Positions 40,559-50,342 are shown, counted from the stretch's first letter. The stretch: DNA of 64,000 bases from an uncultured Holophagales bacterium (GCA_963842525.1 CAWJGT010000034.1:160001-224000); one strand, 5' to 3'. Numbers and translations: made by a program. Notes: generated by a model not told the origin, from the letters alone.

Positions 40559-40999
40559 TCAGGGCGAATCGTCGCCGCCAGCCTTCCGATAGATCGTGGC
40601 CCTCTGGCCGGCGCCGAGAGACTCGTGCTTCAAAATGTTCTCGCGGATGAGCTCCTCGAGGCATCGGTACAAGGTGCCTCGGTCCGGCTCGTAGCCGAGT
40701 GCCTCGCAAACCTCGGTCCGGGTGAACGTCTCCGGCAGTCGCGACAGCGCTGCGCGGACATCGGCATTCACCTCGGGTGCGCTCCGCCGGCGGGGTTGCT
40801 TGGGCGGAGGGAGTGGCGCGGCGAGTTGGGGAACGGAAGCCGGCACGGCCCCGGTGCTGCCATCCTCCTCCTCCTGGAGCATCCAGACCAGATCGAGGGC
40901 CCGCACCTGGGCCCGGAAGGCCGTCTCCAGAAGCTCGATGCCGGACCGAAGCTGCTCTTCCAGCCGTCGTTTGCGCTGCTCGTACTCATTCCTGGTCAT
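40559..40999 (-). CDS. Hypothetical protein, N-terminal coiled coil + putative winged helix
   Basis: MTRNEYEQRKRRLEEQL..; FTRTEVCEALGYEPDRGTLYRCLEEL. Confidence 0.65.
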   Translation of the reverse strand: MTRNEYEQRKRRLEEQLRSGIELLETAFRAQVRALDLVWMLQEEEDGSTGAVPASVPQLAAPLPPPKQPRRRSAPEVNADVRAALSRLPETFTRTEVCEALGYEPDRGTLYRCLEELIRENILKHESLGAGQRATIYRKAGGDDSP

Positions 41000-41066
41000 T
41001 GTGCACGATTAGACCGGAATGCACGGAGCATTGCAAGAGGGACCGCCATCAGCCGGGAGAGAGCCC

Positions 41067-41489
41067 TTACGAAGGAGCTTTTCCCGCAGGCCAACGCTCC
41101 ACGGCCAAGATCCCGCTGGCAAGAATGATCTCCAGATCTCGGTCACGGACCAGAATGGAGCACCCATGCTCCTCAGCGAGCACTGCGATCAGACAGTCGA
41201 TCGTCGACCGGATCGTCTTTCCCTGCTGACGTAACGCTCGATAGAGATCAGCAGCCCGGAAATACAGCTCGATGCTCGCAGGCTCCAGGAATGTGAGATC
41301 CCGGAACAACTCAGCGAGCCGTTTTCGCCCCTTGTCTCTGCGCAATCCTTGGAAGACTTCCGCGACCACGACGCCACAGGTGCAGATCTCGTGATCGCTT
41401 GGGAACAGCTCAGCCAAAGCCCGCCGCTCAAGAGACGGATAGTCGTTGAAAAAGTCGACCCAGACAGAGGTATCGACGAGAACCTTCAA
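41067..41489 (-). CDS. vapC: VapC family PIN toxin
   Basis: VLVDTSVWV, VVAEVFQG, STIDCLIA, DRDL. Confidence 0.9.
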   Translation of the reverse strand: MKVLVDTSVWVDFFNDYPSLERRALAELFPSDHEICTCGVVVAEVFQGLRRDKGRKRLAELFRDLTFLEPASIELYFRAADLYRALRQQGKTIRSTIDCLIAVLAEEHGCSILVRDRDLEIILASGILAVERWPAGKAPS

Positions 41490-41689
41490 GCTTCCCGTCT
41501 CCGCCCTCGTAAGTCGTCCAGATCTCCCTCCCAGTGGACTTTCCCCTCAAATTCCAAGAATTTCTGCAAACGCCGACGCCGGGCGTATTCCCGGAGCGCT
41601 TCGTTGATGATGTCCGTCTTTGTCTTCCCAGGCGCGACCTTCATGGCGCTCGCGAGTGCTTCGGTATCGAGGTTGAGCGTGGTCCTCAT
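41486..41689 (-). CDS. vapB: VapB antitoxin
   Basis: MRTTLNLD..TKTDIINEALREY..WEGDLDDLR; overlaps vapC start. Confidence 0.88.
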   Translation of the reverse strand: MRTTLNLDTEALASAMKVAPGKTKTDIINEALREYARRRRLQKFLEFEGKVHWEGDLDDLRGRRREA

Positions 41690-41756
41690 CGTTACCTCCG
41701 ATGCAGATCATAGGCTTCTATCATCTGCATCGCAAGACGTTGAGGGGCCTCCCGGC

Positions 41757-42644
41757 TCAAAAGGCATACCGGAGCTGGGCGAGGATGTTCCAGCGGCTCG
41801 CCAGCTCTCCGCGGCTCACCTCTTCCCAGACCGGAACCTGGATGGACAGGTCGAGGAAGAGGCGCTCCGTCGCGACGTACTGGACGCCGGGCGCGAGGAG
41901 GAACGCCGAGCGATCCGTCCCCTGGAGGGGCGCCCCGCGGAGGCGGTCTTTCCCTGCGTCCACGAACGTACCCTCGACAACGGCGAACACTTCGTGCCCG
42001 GGCTGGGTGTAGGCCCGTGGGAAGAGCACATACTGTGCGCTCAGGTTGAGCTGGGCTTCGTTTCCCCGGCGGTAGTCCCCGTCCCCTTCCGTGTTGTAGC
42101 GGTAGCCGGCATCCGCCGCGAAGACGAAGCGGCGGCGAGCCTGCTGGTAGACGAGATCGACCAGCCCGTCGGTCGAACCTGTCCCCGGTTGGAGCCGGGT
42201 CCGCAGGGCGACCGGCAAGCCAGGATCGACCGGCCGGTCGGTGGCTCCGCTGGGGAGCTTGAGCCCCACCTCGATCGCCGCGTGCCGGTCCGCCCACGGC
42301 CCCACCCAACGGTAGAAGCGGTGTTTGACCGAAACGACGACATCTCCCAACCCCGAGGCGGTTTCTGTCGGGGCTCCTGGCCGCTTGACGCGGCTCTCCA
42401 CCAGGTAGGGCACCCGCACGCCGAGCACCCAGTGGGTCGCCGGGGTGTAGCGCAGCTCCACGAACGAGGACAGCGTGAGGAGCTCGGTGTCGCCGCTCTC
42501 CTTCCGGTCCGCGATGACACCCGCCAGGAGGCCGCTCCGCTGGAAAACGCCCGTGCCCGGGGTGTTGGCCCGGATCGGGTTCGCCCCGGCGGCCCGCACA
42601 ACGAGCAAGGACAGGAGGAGGACGCCCCAGATGGCCGTCTTCAT
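41757..42644 (-). CDS. Outer-membrane beta-barrel transporter (Phenol_MetA_deg-like)
   Basis: Signal peptide; SGLGDV, GLKLPSG, LQPGTGSTD, LAPGVQY, C-terminal YAF. Confidence 0.75.
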   Translation of the reverse strand: MKTAIWGVLLLSLLVVRAAGANPIRANTPGTGVFQRSGLLAGVIADRKESGDTELLTLSSFVELRYTPATHWVLGVRVPYLVESRVKRPGAPTETASGLGDVVVSVKHRFYRWVGPWADRHAAIEVGLKLPSGATDRPVDPGLPVALRTRLQPGTGSTDGLVDLVYQQARRRFVFAADAGYRYNTEGDGDYRRGNEAQLNLSAQYVLFPRAYTQPGHEVFAVVEGTFVDAGKDRLRGAPLQGTDRSAFLLAPGVQYVATERLFLDLSIQVPVWEEVSRGELASRWNILAQLRYAF

Positions 42645-43159
42645 GGGCGTTTCTCCTCGGCCCGCGGCTCTTCGAGCAGGATGACCTCCTGCCGGTCCGC
42701 CGCTTTCCAGGACCCCGCCGCGGTCACCGGGCCGGCGGCATCGGCCTTCTCCCGCAGCATGCGAAGCCGTTGCTCTCCTTCGAGGCGAAAGACCTGTCCG
42801 GACTCCGGGACAAGCAGCCGCCCGTCCGGAGTCAGCGTGCCGGAGACTTCGATCCAGGTCCCTTCGATCTCATAGCCAGCCTTGGTGATCGCCGTTCGCA
42901 GGTCTTCAAGGAATACCGGCTTGCCCGGGCGCGGCCGGAAGGCGAAACGCCCGTTGGTGATGTCCTTGACCTCCATTTCCTTGGGGTCCGGGGCATATTC
43001 GAGACGGCGCACGGCCGCCTTGATCCCGTAGACTCAAAGGCCGCACAGATAGCCCGCCACATCGATCTCGATACGCCGCACCTCGGCCATTCCCGGAGCC
43101 GATCCGACGACGAAGGCAACCCCCGCGAGCGTAAGGATCTGACGAAACGTGTTCTTCAT
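42641..43159 (-). CDS. Secreted heavy-metal-associated (HMA) domain protein with in-frame TGA (putative selenocysteine, CxxU)
   Basis: RBS AAGGAGG; MKNTF..signal..IEIDVAGYLCGL[TGA 43034-43036]VYGIKAAVRRL..LRTAITKAGY, in frame with ORF 42641..43012. Confidence 0.75.
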
Positions 43160-43237
43160 GACTTGGCCTCCTTATGGAACGGACACGGCTTCCCCGCCGC
43201 TACGAAGCGGCAGACGAAGTGTTGCTGCGAGCGGGTG

Positions 43238-43537
43238 CTATGTCAGGAACGCTCGCGGGACATGGAGGATGTCCCGGGGGTGCGGAGGCGGATTGCCGTT
43301 TTCATCCGCCAAGGCAAGACGGGCGCCTTCGACCGGCGTGAAGCCCGACCTGAGCAGGTCTGGAAGGGTCGAGACGGAGTGCAGGCAGCAGAGGGAAAAG
43401 CCGGTGGTCGCAGTGCCACAGGTGCCCGTCCGTCCCGCGCAGCAGTCCCCGCAGGAGACCGCCCCGGCCACGACCGGCCAGAGGACGCCGAGCACGACGA
43501 GGCTCAGGAAGAGCCATGCGAAGCGACCACGCCACAT
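43238..43537 (-). CDS. Small Cys-rich exported leader-type protein
   Basis: Signal/TM segment, SCGDCC..CC, ends PPPHPRDILHVPRA. Confidence 0.65.
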   Translation of the reverse strand: MWRGRFAWLFLSLVVLGVLWPVVAGAVSCGDCCAGRTGTCGTATTGFSLCCLHSVSTLPDLLRSGFTPVEGARLALADENGNPPPHPRDILHVPRAFLT

Positions 43538-43643
43538 GCCGCCGATAGAGTACACCACTCAGCGTGAAGAATGCGTTCGAAGGGTTTGCCGCCGCCTCGG
43601 AGCGCAGCCTACCCGCCTTGACGGAGGTCCGAAGCAATCCCAA

Positions 43644-43817
43644 TCAGGGCGGGTCGTCCATCGCGCAGCCCAGCGCGGTCGTGTTGCAGGTGCAGGAACC
43701 AATGCAGGTGAGACCCGTGCCCTCCAAAGCTGCCGCGACCTGCCTCAGCTTCGGGTCGTCGAGGATTCTGAGGGTCTCGATCGACAGAACCAACTTCCCG
43801 GTCCGCTCCTTTCGCAT
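43644..43817 (-). CDS. Lanthipeptide-like RiPP precursor
   Basis: RBS AAAGGAGG; leader KLVLSIETLRILD..LRQVAAA; core with 4 Cys and 6 Ser/Thr. Confidence 0.65.
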   Translation of the reverse strand: MRKERTGKLVLSIETLRILDDPKLRQVAAALEGTGLTCIGSCTCNTTALGCAMDDPP

Positions 43818-44027
43818 ACCGCCCTCCTTTCGACATATTCGCACGGCAGTGGCAGGCCTATGAGCCCACCGTTGCTCCCTTTTGCCGCAGACGAGTATAT
43901 TCCCCGGTCAGCGCCCCTACCATACCTGAACCAAGAGAAGGAGAAGAGACACAGCCACAAGGATCCACCTCGACCCACTCCGCGATCTGCTGCAACGGGC
44001 TCTCGCTGACGAAGAGCCGCGTGGCTC

Positions 44028-44765
44028 CTACCCGTACGTCGGCTTCTGGGGCCAGCCGGGAGGCGAGTCCTCGAAGTCCTCTTGCCGGCCGTAGGGCGTC
44101 ACGTCGAGGAGGCCGTAGGCGGTGGTGAGCCCTTCGACGCCTCGGGCGTAGGCCGAGTAGGTGTGGAAGACGTTGTCGTCGAGGTGAAAGAAGACGCTCA
44201 GGCCGTGCCCTTCTCCTTCCGCGAAGTAATGCTCGCTCCTCGCTTCGAGCTCGGACTTGTCTCGAAAGTTGTACATGATGGGCGCGACCTTCTCGTCCAA
44301 CGTGACATGGAAGTCATAGTTGAAGTCGCTGCCGTAGGACGAGAGCCACGGCAGGCTCCACCCCATGCGCGCCTTGTAGGCCTCCAGCTTGGCCAGCGGT
44401 GCCCGGGAGATGAGCACCACCGTGGTGTCGCGTTCGTGCAGCAGCGACAGGTCCCCCAGGTCGTTCACAAAGGCTGTGCAGCCCTGGCAGCCTTCGTCCC
44501 AATCCGGGTCGAACATGAAGTGGTAGACGATGAGCTGGCGGCGGCCGTCGAAGAGGTCGAGGAGGCTCGCCTTGCCGTTGGGGCCCTCGAAGACGTAGTC
44601 CTTGTCGATCCTGACCATCGGCTGCCGGCGACGTTCCGCGTTCAGCGCATCGCGGCGATGGGTGAGCTCTTTCTCCTTGGTGAGCAGCGCTTTGCGCGCA
44701 GCAAGCCATTCGTCTTGCGAGACGATGTCCGGATGTGCGATTTGGGTCTCTGTCATGACTGCCAT
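44028..44765 (-). CDS. DUF899 family thioredoxin-like protein
   Basis: [50 protein letters not shown]. Confidence 0.92.
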   Translation of the reverse strand: MAVMTETQIAHPDIVSQDEWLAARKALLTKEKELTHRRDALNAERRRQPMVRIDKDYVFEGPNGKASLLDLFDGRRQLIVYHFMFDPDWDEGCQGCTAFVNDLGDLSLLHERDTTVVLISRAPLAKLEAYKARMGWSLPWLSSYGSDFNYDFHVTLDEKVAPIMYNFRDKSELEARSEHYFAEGEGHGLSVFFHLDDNVFHTYSAYARGVEGLTTAYGLLDVTPYGRQEDFEDSPPGWPQKPTYG

Positions 44766-44867
44766 GATGATTCCTCCTTGGCTTTTCAAGGACATACATA
44801 GGCAAAATCTGTGCCCCTCGGGCGGGGTGCTCCGCCTGGCACCCTACTTGCAAAATCGCTCGGAGGC

Positions 44868-47087
44868 ATGTCTGAAGCCGCCATTCGCCTGGGTTGGCCG
44901 GCCGCCTGGCTCGGTCCTTCGCTGCTGGTCACCAACGAGCAGGGGGAGTGCGGGTCCGCCCAGCCGCTCACCGGATTCTATGTCCGCGAGACCCGGCACC
45001 TCTGCACCCTGCGCCTCGAAATCGACGGCGTACCGCCCTGGTGCTGCGAGCGGTCGCGTTCCGAGGCCGCGCAGCTCGCCTTCGTCTTCGCCCACCCCGA
45101 GCTCACCCGCTTCGGCGGCGGCGGCAGCGGGGTCTCCGGCGACGAGGTGACCACCGACGAGCACGGCATCCCCTACCGCGCTCTCGATCTCCGGCTGATC
45201 TACCGTCTCGAGCCCCACCGTCTGCACGTCACCTTGCGGCTTCACAACCGCTCACGCGCCCGGATCGCTCCCGAGGTGGCCTTTATCGTCGCCGCCGACT
45301 ATGCGGACCTGCTCGAGGCGTCCGAGGACCGGCGCCAGCAGGAGGCCCCGGTCACGGCCACAGCCGCCGAAGGCGTCATCCGGCTCCGCTACGAGCACCC
45401 GCGGCTCGCCTTCAGCACCGCCATCCAGGGCTGGGGCAGCGGCCGGATCACCGTGGAGCCCCACCGGTGGGCGAGCCGGGTCGAGCTGGCGCCGCAGGCA
45501 GGGGCGACGTTCGAGCTGCAGGTCGACGCCTTCGACCCCGACCAGGAGATGGACGAGACCGCCCGCGCGGCGCGCCTCCACCACCATCGGCAATGGAGCG
45601 AGGGCCTCACCCGGGTCGTGGTGCCAGGCAACCCCCTCGCCGAGCGCATCCTCGGCCGCGCCAGCGCCGACCTGGCCTCGTTCCCGAGCCTCGAAGGAGA
45701 ACGCGACGAGTGGCTGGCCTTGCAGGCGGGCATCCCGCTCTACCCCGCCTTCTTCGGCCGCGACGCCCTTACCGCCGGCTGGCAGGGCGCGCTCCTTGAC
45801 CGCGGCGCGATGCTCGACGCGGCCCTCACCCGGCTGGGCAGGTTGCAGTCGGACCGGGACTTTGCCTGGCGGGACGAGGAGCCGGGCAGGATCCCGTACC
45901 AGGTGCGCTCGGGCCCGCTCGCCAGGCTCGGGGTCAACCCCTTTTCCGCCTACTACGCGGACTTCGCCAGCCCGTTGATGTACGTCATCTCCGTCGCCAA
46001 CCTCTACGCCTGGACGGGAGAGCGCACCGACATCGAGCGGCATTGGGGAACCGCCTGCCGCATCCTGGAGTGGGCCGGCACCTATGGCGACCGCGACGGC
46101 GACGGCTACCTGGAGTACCTGACCCGCTCCCCCGCCGGCACCAAGAACCAGGGCTGGAAGGACAGCGGCGATGCCATCGTCTACGAGGACGGACAAACGG
46201 TCCCGCCGCCGATCGCCACCTGCGAGCTCCAGGGGTACTGGTATGCGGCCCAGCAGCTCATGGCCGTGCTCGCCTGGGTGATCGGCGAGCGCCGCCGCGC
46301 CCGCGAGTTGTGGCGCTCCGCCCGCGCGCTCAAGCGGCGGTTCAACCGCGACTTCTGGGATCCGGAGGAGCGCTTCTACGGCCTCGCGCTCGATCCCGAC
46401 AAGCGGCTCGTGCGCACCGCGACCTCCAACGTCGGCCACTGCCTGGCAACCGGCATCATCGCCCGCGAGCACCTGCGGGACGTCGCCGACCGCCTCCTCG
46501 CTCCCGACATGTTCAGCGGTTGGGGCATCCGCACGCTGACGGCCCGGCATCCGGCCTACAATCCCCTGGGCTACCACCTCGGCTCGGTATGGCCGGTCGA
46601 GAACGCGACCATCTGCTTCGGCCTGAGGCGGATGGGGTTCGGCGCCGAGGCGTTGCGCGTGGCCGATGCGCTCTTTCGACTGTCGGAGCTCTACACGGGC
46701 GACCGGATACCCGAGTGCGTGGGCGGCTATGCGCCCGACGAGCACCCCACCCCAGGGTCCTACCCGCGGTCGAACAGCCCGCAGATGTGGAACGCCAGCG
46801 CCCTGCCGCTGGTCCTGCAGTCACTCCTCGGGCTCATGCCCTACGCCGCCCGGCACATCCTTCTCGTCGATCCGCTCCTGCCGCCCTGGCTCCCAACGGT
46901 CGAGCTGCACGGGCTCCGGATCGGCCGTGCCACCGCCTCGCTGCGCTTCTGGCGCGACGAGAAGGACCGCACGCATACCCGGGTCCTCGAACAGGACGGG
47001 CCGCTCCACGTCATCCGGCAGCCACCACCCGAGGCGGTCGGCGTGGGGCTGGGGCAGAGGCTCCGTGCGCTTCTGCCCTCCAGGTGA
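44868..47087 (+). CDS. Amylo-alpha-1,6-glucosidase / glycogen-debranching family protein
   Basis: AGIP..FGRD, EEPGRI, NQGWKDSGD, SGWGIRTL, YHLGSVWP, PQMW. Confidence 0.9.
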   Translation: MSEAAIRLGWPAAWLGPSLLVTNEQGECGSAQPLTGFYVRETRHLCTLRLEIDGVPPWCCERSRSEAAQLAFVFAHPELTRFGGGGSGVSGDEVTTDEHGIPYRALDLRLIYRLEPHRLHVTLRLHNRSRARIAPEVAFIVAADYADLLEASEDRRQQEAPVTATAAEGVIRLRYEHPRLAFSTAIQGWGSGRITVEPHRWASRVELAPQAGATFELQVDAFDPDQEMDETARAARLHHHRQWSEGLTRVVVPGNPLAERILGRASADLASFPSLEGERDEWLALQAGIPLYPAFFGRDALTAGWQGALLDRGAMLDAALTRLGRLQSDRDFAWRDEEPGRIPYQVRSGPLARLGVNPFSAYYADFASPLMYVISVANLYAWTGERTDIERHWGTACRILEWAGTYGDRDGDGYLEYLTRSPAGTKNQGWKDSGDAIVYEDGQTVPPPIATCELQGYWYAAQQLMAVLAWVIGERRRARELWRSARALKRRFNRDFWDPEERFYGLALDPDKRLVRTATSNVGHCLATGIIAREHLRDVADRLLAPDMFSGWGIRTLTARHPAYNPLGYHLGSVWPVENATICFGLRRMGFGAEALRVADALFRLSELYTGDRIPECVGGYAPDEHPTPGSYPRSNSPQMWNASALPLVLQSLLGLMPYAARHILLVDPLLPPWLPTVELHGLRIGRATASLRFWRDEKDRTHTRVLEQDGPLHVIRQPPPEAVGVGLGQRLRALLPSR

Positions 47088-47142
47088 AGCGGGCGCTTCG
47101 AACGAGACTGGCCTACCACCCTGGCCCCCTAAATTGCCGCAC

Positions 47143-47730
47143 GCCAGCCCCGCAGGGGCGGTCGGCCTCGTTGGGGTGAGGGTGCCGTGCCATGCCCCAC
47201 ATTCTACCCCCTTCCACGCGCAGTGGTCCCGCGGGACCGGCAACGCACACCGCGGGAGCAGCTACATCCCACCGCGGGGAGTCGAATCGCTGCCGCGGCA
47301 GCGGCAACGCCCACCGCGGCAGCAGCCACATCCACCGCGGAGAGTTCGAACCGCCGCCGCGGCAGCGGCAACGCCCACCGCGGCAGCAGCTACATTCCTC
47401 GCGGGGAGTTCGAACCGGTCCCGCGGGACCGGCAACGCCCACCGCGGGACCAGCTACATCCACCGCAGGGAGTCGAATCGCTGCCGCGGCAGCGGCAACG
47501 CCCACAGCGAGAGCAGCTCCATCCACCGCGGGGAGTTCGAACCGCCGCCGCGGCAGCGGCAACGCCCACCGCGGCAGCAGCCACATCCACCGCGGAGAGT
47601 TCGAACCGCTACCGCGGCAGCGGCAACGCCCACCGCGGGAGCAGCTACATCCACTGCGGGGAGTTGAACCGCTCCCGCAGGACCAGGTTCGAAATCCCGG
47701 GCTAATTCCGACCGCCTCTGCGGGGCTGGC
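47143..47730. repeat. Composite repeat element: 23-bp terminal inverted repeats enclosing ~7 tandem units of 63-64 bp
   Basis: GCCAGCCCCGCAG(G/A)GGCGGTCGG at 47143-47165 and inverted at 47708-47730; units CGCGG..CGGCAACGCCCACCGCGG..CAGCTACATCCACCGCGG..AGTTCGAACCG at ~47230-47675. Confidence 0.8.
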
Positions 47731-47763
47731 AATGTACCGCCGAGGCAGTCTGACAAAGTAGAA

Positions 47764-48282
47764 TCAGGCTGAGGGTGGCTTCTGAGGCCAGCGAGCGAAG
47801 TAGCCGTCGAGCCACACAAGATCGCGGTCGAAGTCTTCAGGGTCGAATGGTCCAGTTCGGTATGAGGTACCCTCAAAGACGCCGTCGCGACCAGGGCTGC
47901 GGATGCCGATCACGTTTTCGTTGCGAAGAGTGTCCTTGCGCTCGAGACAGAACTCGTAGGGGTTGCCCCAGGGATCTCGCTCCGGAAGTACCTTGATGTA
48001 CTGAGGCACGAGAACGGCTTGGAGCTCCTCGAACGAGGCCCGCGGACAGGATGGCCAGTCGATGGGCTGCTGCGCATCGTCGGCAGCGAGCGCAAGTGCG
48101 CCGGCCGGAGGCGCCTCAGAGATCTGGTCCACCAGCCACGCCATCATTGCGGTTCCGATGTACCGCATATCTGCGATGGCGCCTTTCTGGGCTGCGCCAT
48201 TGTCGGCAGGTCTTTCAGCGGCAGATGAGAGGCCGGGGATCGCCAGGCACCAACTCAATGCGAGGAGCGTAACTCTATTCAT
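47764..48282 (-). CDS. Secreted protein with GspG (T2SSG)-like globular domain
   Basis: Sec signal; LVPQYIKVLPERDPWGNPYEF..IRSPGRDG. Confidence 0.65.
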   Translation of the reverse strand: MNRVTLLALSWCLAIPGLSSAAERPADNGAAQKGAIADMRYIGTAMMAWLVDQISEAPPAGALALAADDAQQPIDWPSCPRASFEELQAVLVPQYIKVLPERDPWGNPYEFCLERKDTLRNENVIGIRSPGRDGVFEGTSYRTGPFDPEDFDRDLVWLDGYFARWPQKPPSA

Positions 48283-48368
48283 AGTGCATCTCCTATAGCC
48301 ACGATGTGAGGTGAGCTCTAGCGATTATCGCGCCGCCTAGCAGAGAAACGCTATCACGCCGCCTCGGA

Positions 48369-48664
48369 CGCTCGACCTAGGTGCCATGCAGGTCGAGGAC
48401 CAGGAGCGGCAGGAGGCCGAGGATGGCGCAGCCTGCGGTCATCAGCTTCGGGCGGACGCGGCCGATGCTCGCTTCGCGCAGCGCGTCTTCGAAAGGCCTC
48501 CCCTCGGCGAGGAGCGATCGGGTCTGGGCCACCAGGACGAGGCCGTTCTGGACCGCGATGCCGAAGAGGCCGATCAGCCGACCAGGGAGGAGACCGCCCC
48601 CGGAGGCGGTCGGCGTAGGGTTGGGGCAGCGGCTCCGCGCGCTTCTGGCCCCCAGGTGAAGCGG
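48369..48664. pseudogene. Chimeric remnant: cusA fragment fused to debranching-gene 3' end
   Basis: 48369-48594 matches 50942-51168; 48595-48664 matches 47024-47093. Confidence 0.85.
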
Positions 48665-48722
48665 GACGGAGAGAGGGGTCCGCGGGGCTTGCTTGACCAG
48701 CCCGTCGGGTTATACTTGCGGT

Positions 48723-48959
48723 ATGAAGACGGCAATCTCAATTCCCGACGACGTGTTCGAAGAGGCCGAGCGCCTCGCCACCGAGTTGCAGACCTCTCGC
48801 AGCCAGCTCTACAGCCGTGCGCTGCGGGAGTTCGTGGCCAGGCATTCCACCGATCGCCTGACCGAAGCGATGAACCGAGTGGTCGACGAGGTGGGACCGG
48901 AGATCGACGAGTTTAGCCAGAAAGCCGCCTATCTAGTTTTGGAGCAAGTCGAGTGGTGA
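48723..48959 (+). CDS. RHH antitoxin (MazE/ChpI-like)
   Basis: MKTAISIPDDVFEEAE..SRSQLYSRALREF. Confidence 0.85.
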   Translation: MKTAISIPDDVFEEAERLATELQTSRSQLYSRALREFVARHSTDRLTEAMNRVVDEVGPEIDEFSQKAAYLVLEQVEW

Positions 48960-49297
48960 TCAGCCAAGGCGAGATCTGGTGGGCCGACTTGAGGGAGCCA
49001 ACCGGATCAGGCCCTGGGTATCGGCGGCCAGTCGCCGTCGTACAGTGCGATGCGTTGAATCAAAGCCGGGTGGGCACGGTCGTATGTGTGCCGCTCACGA
49101 CTAATTTGAAGTGGGCAGACGCACCCGGAAATGTGCTCCTGACGGCAAGAGTGACGGGACTTTCAAAGGACTCATTCGCGAATGTCTCGCTGATTGTCGC
49201 CGTCGACAGACGGCAGATGACCGAATGCGTCGGCAAGCTGCCGCGGCGCCAATTGGAACTGGTGCTCGCAGGTATCGACACCGTTCTCGGGCGATAG
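48953..49297 (+). CDS. mazF: MazF/PemK family toxin
   Basis: GEIWWADL.EP.GS.PGYRRPV.VVQ.D..N.S, VPLTTN. Confidence 0.9.
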   Translation: MVISQGEIWWADLREPTGSGPGYRRPVAVVQCDALNQSRVGTVVCVPLTTNLKWADAPGNVLLTARVTGLSKDSFANVSLIVAVDRRQMTECVGKLPRRQLELVLAGIDTVLGR

Positions 49298-49347
49298 GCT
49301 ACACCTCACTGCCTCCTGATGAACGATGACGCTGGGCAAGCGTGCCC

Positions 49348-49428
49348 GGCGAACGTTACGGTTGTGTTACGGTTGATCAGCGGCACGTGGGCGCGAGTCC
49401 ACGTGTCCTTTGTATCATCGTGTTATGC
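49348..49428 (-). other. Integron attC-like site downstream of AbiV
   Basis: Minus strand GCATAAC-ACGAT-GATACAAAGGAC-ACGTGG..CCACGT-GCCGCTGATC..GTTCGCC. Confidence 0.55.
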
Positions 49429-49571
49429 GGCGTCTCCTCCAGTACGTGTGCTGCTCCTTCTGGCAAAACCTGAGATCTCTTGAAACTCGCGCTCCAAGAG
49501 CCTCTCTAATAGCCCGGCACCTTTCCGCCTTTTCCGGTCGCAGGCACTTTTTTGGGAACAGCAGCGGCCGT

Positions 49572-50342
49572 TCATGTCGGATCGGTCGTCAAGTTCGCGA
49601 AAAGGGCCGGTAGCACCTCCTTCAGTGCCAGGTATTCATCTGAGAACGTCACAGGGATCTCCTGGAGGCGCTCGGCCCGTTCTATGGCTTCGGCTGCTTG
49701 TTCGCGCGTGACGAGGCCGGGATGCAGACCAACTTCGCCGGTCTTTGTGATATGGACGTACAAGGCTGACTGCTTCTTGCGGTCGAGCGAGCCGTCGGCG
49801 ATTTTGCGCGCTTGTCCGGTCGACCAATCCGCATCCCTCCAAGGATAACCGCGCCCGAAGCGCTCGATTTCCTCGTGGCGGTAGATATTCAGCGCCGTCG
49901 CGACATCTGACGGAAACGAGACATCCGGTTCGACCGGCTCAGGGTCGTTCGGGTCGGGCGCGAAGTTGCCCTGCTTGTAACGGTCGATACACCTCTGCAG
50001 CCACGCCATTTTCTGCTCATGCCACTCCCCGCGGCGCTTGGATAGCTCCGCAAGAGCGGGCGAGTCCCAGGGCGGCAGCCATTCCATGACAAGGCCGAGC
50101 AGATGCTTGCATTCGTGCCGTGCCATCGACCGCTGCACTTCACGCACCCACGGCAGGGCGCCATCGGCGACGAGTTGCAGGAGGAAGGCCTTAGCGAACT
50201 CCTCCTGGGCGAGAATGGCTAAAGCAAGCGCTGTCGAGAATCGATCCCAATCGAACAGGAATTTCGCGTCTTCGAGAAGCTCTTTACCGTTCTTGGTCGT
50301 CGCGGAGATCGAGGCCTGCAGGACTTTGGGTTTCGGCTGCAT
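49572..50342 (-). CDS. AbiV family abortive infection protein
   Basis: NGKELLEDA..L.....A.ALAILAQEEFAKA, RHECK, KQSALYV. Confidence 0.75.
   Translation of the reverse strand: MQPKPKVLQASISATTKNGKELLEDAKFLFDWDRFSTALALAILAQEEFAKAFLLQLVADGALPWVREVQRSMARHECKHLLGLVMEWLPPWDSPALAELSKRRGEWHEQKMAWLQRCIDRYKQGNFAPDPNDPEPVEPDVSFPSDVATALNIYRHEEIERFGRGYPWRDADWSTGQARKIADGSLDRKKQSALYVHITKTGEVGLHPGLVTREQAAEAIERAERLQEIPVTFSDEYLALKEVLPALFANLTTDPT

Noticed and set aside
47230-47675. CRISPR array
   Set aside because: Whole units are repeated with no unique spacers, and there are no cas genes
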